A DNA stretch of 20,829 nt from an uncultured Methanosarcinales archaeon (GTDB lineage: Archaea > Nanobdellota > Nanobdellia > Woesearchaeales > UBA583), in the NCBI GenBank assembly GCA_964429995.1, contig CAYSDY010000005.1, forward strand, positions 1 to 20,829. The letters run 5' to 3'. Shown piece after piece: positions 14,879 through 20,829 of this stretch. Position 1 is the stretch's first letter, and each line of letters opens with the position of its first letter. A model generated the notes under the pieces. The model did no database searches. It was not told where the DNA came from and was given only the letters and a program-made list of their open reading frames with translations. A program made the position numbers and the translations under genes.

Positions 14879-16396
14879 CTATTTGTCATTTTTCTTAACT
14901 TTAATATTAAACAGTGTTTTTATCAATTTAATGTCATAAACTTTTAATATAAATCCAATAATAAGATATATTAAGAATGCAGGGATAAAAATAATAATCA
15001 TCCTTAACAATATATTAAATGGTGGAACAAAAAAATTAGAAAATAGCAAAATTAATGTAAACACAATGTTGGCAAAGATAATACTTTTAATATTCTTTAG
15101 TTTTAATTTAAGAGCATTTCTATTAAGTTCAACATAGCTTAATAAAAATATTGCAAATGAAGATATAAATGTTGCAAATGCGATTCCATTGAGTCCAAAG
15201 ATAAGAACGAATAAAATATTTAGCAAAAGGTTCATTATGCCTCCCAAAATAAGTACAATATTCCTTTCCTTTATTTTATTTAAACCAGCAAGTACAGAAT
15301 AATTCATATTAAAAAAAACCTGTATCAGTGCGGATGATGATAATATTGCAATAAGCAAAGTACTATGAAAATATTTAGGATCATATAACACAGCAACAAT
15401 ATCTTTTGCAAAAATACTAAAAAATACAACACATGGAAGGGTTACATAAAAAAGAAAGGAATACACGTTGCTAACAATGTTTTCAAGTTCATTTTTACAA
15501 GATTCAAAAAGTTTACTAGTTAATGGAAATATCAACCTTTGAATTGGTGCAAACAATACAACTATTACATTTGCTATAGACATAGATATTTCATAAAGTC
15601 CAACATCTTCAAAACCAAGAAAAAATGTAATAACCTGAGTATCTATTTTTTGAAGAAAAAGGATAGCACCAATGCTTAGTGCAGAATAAAAGGCATAATT
15701 AAATATTTGGTTAAAAAAAGATTTTTCAAAGAAAAAAGTACCTTTTGCAAATACCTCACTAAACGAGAAAAAAATAAGAAAAATGTAAAGCAAGGTCATA
15801 AATGCAAATACAATTCCCCAAATAACTCCTATTATATATATAGATGTTCCATCAAAAAAATAAATATAAAAAAAAGATAATGCAAATATAAGTACAAGAT
15901 ACAAAAGAGTATATAAAAGATTCAAAAACATATTAAGTTTTACAAGGAAAAAATTGTGAAAAGGTTTTGAAACATTAAGAAATAAAAAATATACTGCAAG
16001 TACATAAAGCATTTTAACTGATGCTAAATCTTTAAAATAATATTTTGCTATATATCCTGAAAAAACAAATATCAAAATTCCAAAAATCAAAGAAGATATT
16101 ATTTGAATTATTACACTATAATAAAGCAATGATTTTAGTTTTGAATATTCTTTTTTCTCATAAAATTTTGGTCCAAAATAAGAAAAAGTATTAGAAAAAC
16201 CAATATCGCACAATATAGAAAGTATAGAATAAAATCCAATAATAGAATAAAACATTCCAAATTCAGATAACGAAAAGTTTTTAGTATAAAGAATTCTGAT
16301 AAAATAACCAAAAGGAGCTGTTATATATGTTAAAAGATATATGTAAAAACTATTCTTTGCAAAGTTCTTATACAGCTTATCAGAACCATCATTCAT
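14879..16396 (-). CDS. MOP-superfamily polysaccharide/oligosaccharide flippase (Wzx/AglR-like)
   Basis: 505 aa, hydrophobic throughout (about 12-14 predicted helices by eye). The N-terminus LYKNFAKNSFYIYLLTYITAPFGYFIRILYTKNFSLSEFGMFYSII is typical of Polysacc_synt proteins. It lies in a glycan locus next to aglB. Confidence 0.7.
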   Translation of the reverse strand: MNDGSDKLYKNFAKNSFYIYLLTYITAPFGYFIRILYTKNFSLSEFGMFYSIIGFYSILSILCDIGFSNTFSYFGPKFYEKKEYSKLKSLLYYSVIIQIISSLIFGILIFVFSGYIAKYYFKDLASVKMLYVLAVYFLFLNVSKPFHNFFLVKLNMFLNLLYTLLYLVLIFALSFFYIYFFDGTSIYIIGVIWGIVFAFMTLLYIFLIFFSFSEVFAKGTFFFEKSFFNQIFNYAFYSALSIGAILFLQKIDTQVITFFLGFEDVGLYEISMSIANVIVVLFAPIQRLIFPLTSKLFESCKNELENIVSNVYSFLFYVTLPCVVFFSIFAKDIVAVLYDPKYFHSTLLIAILSSSALIQVFFNMNYSVLAGLNKIKERNIVLILGGIMNLLLNILFVLIFGLNGIAFATFISSFAIFLLSYVELNRNALKLKLKNIKSIIFANIVFTLILLFSNFFVPPFNILLRMIIIFIPAFLIYLIIGFILKVYDIKLIKTLFNIKVKKNDK

Positions 16397-16418
16397 AAAA
16401 TTAAAATAAATACATTCA

Positions 16419-16427
16419 TTTATATTA
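16419..16427 (-). promoter_or_regulatory. TATA-box-like element for the flippase gene
   Basis: The minus strand reads TAATATAAA, centred ~27 nt upstream of the start at 16396. Confidence 0.4.
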
Positions 16428-16512
16428 CTTGCTTTTTATTTATTAATGAAAACCTTCTTTCAACGATGTTTTATGCTTAAATATTAGTAATTTTAGTAAA
16501 TAAACAAAAATA

Positions 16513-16520
16513 TTTATAAA
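16513..16520 (+). promoter_or_regulatory. TATA-box-like element for aglB
   Basis: TTTATAAA centred ~27 nt upstream of ATG 16543. Confidence 0.45.
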
Positions 16521-16542
16521 TGATATTTTAAAAAATGTTAGT

Positions 16543-19503
16543 ATGAAGAAGAAAAGCAACAGTAAGACTTCAAAAGAAGAACAAAAAGTAGCTGAAAAGT
16601 CATTTGTCAGTAAAATAATGGATAGTAAATTTGTAAAGAACATATTTCCTAAAGTACTTCCATTAATATTGATTTTTTTTGTAATGTTTTTTGCATTTTA
16701 CATAAGAAGTGCTCCTGATAAACTTAGAGGAATAGAAGAGATCTCAAGACAGGAGATATACAATTATGTAGGAAATATAATAAACTATAAAATATCTTTA
16801 GATTATCCAAACCTTAATCAGATATATCAATCAGAACTATACGAAAAAGAATTTCAAAATGCAATTAGCAATGGTTATGTTGATATTAATGGCGAAAGAA
16901 TAATGATAGAAGAAGAAGTTCAAAAAAGAGTTCAGCTTCACAAAGAATCATTAACAGATGATAACGGTCAGGTTTATTTAAATGCAATAGATCCATACCA
17001 TTTTTATCGTTTAGGTGAAATATATCAGGAAAATGGTTATATGGGAACATCAATTGTAACAGATGAACAAGGCAATCAAAAACCAATGATAGATTACAAA
17101 CTAGCTCCTAAAGGATTTGAAGGAAGCTATACTCCTGATTTACAGACATGGTTGTTTGCAACAATATTTAGATTTAAAGGATATGATGAAAACACTCCTG
17201 TTGGATACAAAACAGCATCAGTATATTATATTCCTGTTATAATAATTCTTCTAAGCATAATACCAATGTTTCTTATAATAAGAAAATTTTCATCAAACAT
17301 ATTTGCCTTTTTTGGAAGTCTTTTATGTGTAAGTATTGGAACAGTTACATCAAGAACAGTTGCAGGTTTTACAGACACAGATGGATATAATATACTATTT
17401 CCATTGCTTATACTTTTATTTTTAATATATTCATTATCAACAGAAAAGAGGATATTCAAAATAATTTACGCATTTTTAGCTTCATTGTTTACAACTATGT
17501 ACATATGGGCATGGCCAAGTGGATGGTTCATGTACATGTTTGTGATAATATCTATAATTGCATACTATTTTTTGATAATATTGTATAAAAAAATCATTTT
17601 AAAATCAATATTAAAAGATGATATTTCAAAGTTTAAAAAAACAATACTTTCAGATTCAATTATAGCATTGACATATGCAGTATTATCTTTTGTATTAACT
17701 TACATATTTTTAGGTTTTAATTTGTTTACACTTGCATATGACGGTTTTAGTGGTTCAATGTCAGATATTGCAACAGTAGGGCAGTCAAATATATGGCCAA
17801 ATGTATACTCATCTGTTGCAGAGTTAAATCCAGCATCATTTGAACAGATACTCTCAACAGTTGGAGGAAGTCTTGTTACAGGAAAAATTGTTCTTGTGAT
17901 TGCCATGTTTGCATTGCTGATGCTTGTGTTTAATGCTTTTAAGGGTGATACAGACAAAAAGAATAAATTGATAGTATTAGCATCAATTATTTGGTTTTTA
18001 ATCATAATTAATTTAAGTTTCTTTGTAAATCTTACAGTAAATAATCCTGAACTTTTCATATTTCTTTTATTTTTACCAATAGGTATTTCACTTTTAATGA
18101 ATATCATATCAGGACACAATAACTTTAAGGTTTTTTTAAGCATTTTATTAGCTTTATGGATGTCAGGAACAATATATATGAGTTTTCATGGAGTAAGATT
18201 CATTCTTTTATTAGCTCCAGCATTTTCAATAGCTTTTGCAATAGGTTTATACTACATTTCATTTTTTATGGTAAACATATTTGGTGGAGAATTTGAAAAC
18301 AGGTTTTCAGGAAGAAAATTAATAGGCCTAATAATAGTTACAATTTTTTTTACAGTATTATTCATTCCTGTTGCACAAACATCTGATAAAATTACAAAAT
18401 CAACATTACCAAATTTTGATGATTCATGGTATAATGCAATGTATAAAATAGAAAACGAAACAAGCAAATCTGCAATCATAACCTCATGGTGGGATTTTGG
18501 TCATTTTTTTGCAGCGATAAGTAAAAGAGGAGTTACATTTGATGGTGGAACACAGACTAATCCAGTATCACATTGGGTTGGAAGATTTCTTCTTGAAAAT
18601 GATGAACATGTTGCAGAAGACATATTAAAAATGCTTGTGTGTTCAAGCAATGATGCATACTACGATTTTTACAAAATGGTAGGAAAAAACGAAGCAGACA
18701 GCATTAAAATACTTCGTATAATAAACAGAACATTTGGACATGAAAGAGAAGAAAAACAAGATATTCTAAAAAATAATGGATATTACGACTTAACAGATGA
18801 TCAAGTAGAAAAAATATTAAACAATCTTGATTGTAAAGATAGCAAAGAAAGTATTGTTATAGCATCAGGTGATATGATTCCTAAAGCAGGAGTTTGGGCT
18901 CATTGGGGTTTATGGGACTTTGAAAAGAAATATGTATACAACAATTATCTTAGAATGTCAAGTAGTGATATTGCACATAACATAGATATAGATAAAGAAA
19001 TTGTTGATAAATATGTTGAAGAATTAAAATCAATAGATATAAGATCCAAAGTTGAAGGAATAAAAAAAGATGATCTTCTAAATTATTGGTTTGCACCTTA
19101 TCCAAGGTATTTAACATCAGATAATCAGTACATGTTCAATTGTCAGGTTGAAGGTAATGAAACAATCTCATGTTTAAACGGAAATCTTAAAATAGATGCA
19201 ATGACAGGCAATATAACAAAAAACAATCTTGCAGAAGGATTTACGGTAAGAAATATATACGTTCCATCAAAAGAAGATAAAGTATTAGAAATAGAACAGG
19301 ATTCAAATGGAAGGGTTGATATGATACTTATGAATACAGCCTCAGGTTTTGCAATAATGTTTGCCGAGCCACCTTTAGCAAACAGTCTTTTTAGTAAGAT
19401 GTATTTTATGAATGGTTCAGGTCTTACAAAATTTGAAAAGTTTATAGATGAAAATGGACTAAACGCACCAAGAATAACAGTTTGGAAGAGTGATTTGAGT
19501 TAA
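16543..19503 (+). CDS. aglB: Archaeal oligosaccharyltransferase, STT3/AglB family
   Basis: 986 aa. A multi-TM N-terminal region carries the acidic loop motifs NAIDPYHFYRL and GFTDTDGYN. The catalytic WWDFG motif is at nt 18487-18501, followed by a soluble C-terminal domain. Confidence 0.9.
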   Translation: MKKKSNSKTSKEEQKVAEKSFVSKIMDSKFVKNIFPKVLPLILIFFVMFFAFYIRSAPDKLRGIEEISRQEIYNYVGNIINYKISLDYPNLNQIYQSELYEKEFQNAISNGYVDINGERIMIEEEVQKRVQLHKESLTDDNGQVYLNAIDPYHFYRLGEIYQENGYMGTSIVTDEQGNQKPMIDYKLAPKGFEGSYTPDLQTWLFATIFRFKGYDENTPVGYKTASVYYIPVIIILLSIIPMFLIIRKFSSNIFAFFGSLLCVSIGTVTSRTVAGFTDTDGYNILFPLLILLFLIYSLSTEKRIFKIIYAFLASLFTTMYIWAWPSGWFMYMFVIISIIAYYFLIILYKKIILKSILKDDISKFKKTILSDSIIALTYAVLSFVLTYIFLGFNLFTLAYDGFSGSMSDIATVGQSNIWPNVYSSVAELNPASFEQILSTVGGSLVTGKIVLVIAMFALLMLVFNAFKGDTDKKNKLIVLASIIWFLIIINLSFFVNLTVNNPELFIFLLFLPIGISLLMNIISGHNNFKVFLSILLALWMSGTIYMSFHGVRFILLLAPAFSIAFAIGLYYISFFMVNIFGGEFENRFSGRKLIGLIIVTIFFTVLFIPVAQTSDKITKSTLPNFDDSWYNAMYKIENETSKSAIITSWWDFGHFFAAISKRGVTFDGGTQTNPVSHWVGRFLLENDEHVAEDILKMLVCSSNDAYYDFYKMVGKNEADSIKILRIINRTFGHEREEKQDILKNNGYYDLTDDQVEKILNNLDCKDSKESIVIASGDMIPKAGVWAHWGLWDFEKKYVYNNYLRMSSSDIAHNIDIDKEIVDKYVEELKSIDIRSKVEGIKKDDLLNYWFAPYPRYLTSDNQYMFNCQVEGNETISCLNGNLKIDAMTGNITKNNLAEGFTVRNIYVPSKEDKVLEIEQDSNGRVDMILMNTASGFAIMFAEPPLANSLFSKMYFMNGSGLTKFEKFIDENGLNAPRITVWKSDLS

Positions 19504-19534
19504 AGCAGGTAATGCTTAAAAATTAATACAAAAA

Positions 19535-19544
19535 TTTATATATA
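19535..19544 (+). promoter_or_regulatory. TATA-box-like element for the pilin-like gene at 19565
   Basis: TTTATATATA centred ~25 nt upstream of ATG 19565. Confidence 0.45.
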
Positions 19545-19564
19545 TTTTTATTGATTAATTAGTA

Positions 19565-20413
19565 ATGTTTAAAGATTTATTGCATAAAAAAGGAATAAGT
19601 TCTGTAGTTCTTGTAAGTATATTGATTGCAGGATCAGTAATGTCATTTTTTGTTCTTTCACAATGGTATACAGACATTCAGTCTAAATTAGAGTTACAGG
19701 CAATGTCTAATAATATACATACGCACCTTGAAATTGAGAAAATTTCAGAAACAAGTATTTACATTTTGAGTAGGTTTAAATTAAATTTAGCACTAAATTA
19801 CATAAAAATAGGTGATAGGATGTGTGTTAATAATTTAATAATAAGTCCAGGAGTTAACAAGATTAACATAAAAGGATGTATTGTAGGTTTACAAAACATG
19901 ACTCCATACGATGTTCAAATAGGAACGAATTTAGGGTTATATTCAGCATATAAAATTTTACGTGATATTCCAGAAAAAGAACTAATAATAAGATACACAA
20001 AATCAGAGTGCAATTCAGAAGATGGATATACAAGGCTTTACGGCGTTGATTCTATAGATAACTCACATGTTGAAATAGATGGTTCAGGAATCTACAATGT
20101 TTGTGCAAAACATGTAAATTATACAATTGGTAATCAGTGTACCAATTCTTTTGCTAATTTATTTTTAATAGCATCACAAAATAATTCACATGTATATACA
20201 GAGACATCACAGGTTCATTCTGCAAGTCCTGATTACTATGATTGGTACAATATATGTTTAAACAGTTTTGAATCAACAGTACATTATCTTTTAAACGAAA
20301 CAGCTGATGAAAGGTATACATGTATTGCAAGCATAAATAAAAATGATATTTACGGTGCATCGATTGCAAGTTGTGATTATTACAAAGACAATTTGTTTGT
20401 ATTTGTTGGATAA
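19565..20413 (+). CDS. Archaeal type IV pilin N-terminal domain protein with a Cys-rich C-terminal extension
   Basis: HKKGISSVVLVSILIAGSVMSFFVL resembles the archaeal pilin N-terminal signature (K/R-G-x-S-P-V-I-hydrophobic). The mature part has 8 Cys. It looks paralogous to the ORF at 85. Confidence 0.7.
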   Translation: MFKDLLHKKGISSVVLVSILIAGSVMSFFVLSQWYTDIQSKLELQAMSNNIHTHLEIEKISETSIYILSRFKLNLALNYIKIGDRMCVNNLIISPGVNKINIKGCIVGLQNMTPYDVQIGTNLGLYSAYKILRDIPEKELIIRYTKSECNSEDGYTRLYGVDSIDNSHVEIDGSGIYNVCAKHVNYTIGNQCTNSFANLFLIASQNNSHVYTETSQVHSASPDYYDWYNICLNSFESTVHYLLNETADERYTCIASINKNDIYGASIASCDYYKDNLFVFVG

Positions 20414-20465
20414 TTACTCACAAGTTAATACGATTATTTTTAACATTTTTTTAAGTGTGAAAAAT

Positions 20466-20829
20466 ATGAAAAAAGCCTTTTTAGTGTTTATTATTTACAT
20501 TTTAATGTTTTCTAGGATAGTTTTTTCAACTGGATTTCATACGCCTGACGAAATTTTACCTGGAACATTTACTGGAACATACTTCTATAACGGAACATTG
20601 AGTGTTACAGATAACAGTCAGCTTTGCTTAAACAATGAGTGTATAAATAATTGGAGTATCATAAGTGGTGCATCCGGAATGGGAATCAAAGGATATTTTG
20701 ATTACGATGGAACGTATTTAAAACCTAATCTAACCACAGGATCATATATATTAAATATTAATGCTCCTGGAATATTTGCCGGAAGCAATCCCTACGATTT
20801 AACACCAAGCGATGAGATTTTAGATGTAT
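20466..20829 (+). CDS. Secreted protein, partial (runs off the window; not in the supplied ORF track)
   Basis: ATG at 20466. I read the frame to the window end without a stop. MKKAFLVFIIYILMFSRIVFS looks like a signal peptide, followed by TGFHTPDEILPGTFTGTYFYNGTLSV. Confidence 0.6.
   Translation, partial: MKKAFLVFIIYILMFSRIVFSTGFHTPDEILPGTFTGTYFYNGTLSVTDNSQLCLNNECINNWSIISGASGMGIKGYFDYDGTYLKPNLTTGSYILNINAPGIFAGSNPYDLTPSDEILDV

Noticed and set aside
16443-16643. 66-aa minus-strand ORF across the aglB promoter and 5' end.
   Set aside because: It overlaps the aglB start and both TATA-like boxes, and it is the reverse complement of the Lys-rich aglB N-terminus. No independent support.

Overview
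Visibly AT-rich (by eye about 25-30% GC), tightly packed window. It holds 17 credible protein genes and no rRNA, tRNA, CRISPR array or transposase that I can recognise. Three independent cues point to an archaeon with a small, DPANN-like genome. First, an STT3/AglB-type oligosaccharyltransferase with a WWDFG motif. Second, two proteins with archaeal type IV pilin-like (class III) signal peptides. Third, a recurring TTTATAAA/TTTATATA box centred about 25-27 nt upstream of the ATG of first-in-unit genes, which fits a TATA box with leaderless or short-leader transcripts. Content from left to right: a pilin-like gene and a two-domain DUF1566 (Lcl-type) surface protein that share one reading frame interrupted by a single TAA; a DUF2304-like membrane protein; class II lysyl-tRNA synthetase; a hypothetical protein; a C-terminally short NFACT/RqcH-like protein (-); histidyl-tRNA synthetase; a thymidylate-kinase-like P-loop protein; and a glycine-zipper membrane protein. 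An ~11 kb glycan locus follows: CMP-Kdo synthetase (KdsB/KpsU), arabinose-5-phosphate isomerase (KdsD/KpsF), a KpsS/KpsC-family (Capsule_synth) putative beta-Kdo transferase, a GT1/GT4-type glycosyltransferase, an alpha/alpha-toroid prenyltransferase-repeat::SAM-methyltransferase fusion, a Wzx/AglR-like flippase (-) and AglB. The window ends with a second pilin-like Cys-rich protein and a partial secreted protein truncated at its 3' end by the window edge. The most interesting observations are three. A bacterial capsule 'region 1'-like Kdo module is wired into an archaeal AglB locus. A single in-frame stop splits what looks like one pilin::adhesin gene. A ~90 nt intergenic element occurs twice (4209-4295 and 14776-14873), and one copy supplies the stop codon of the short NFACT gene. 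All domain calls come from motif recognition by eye; no searches were run.
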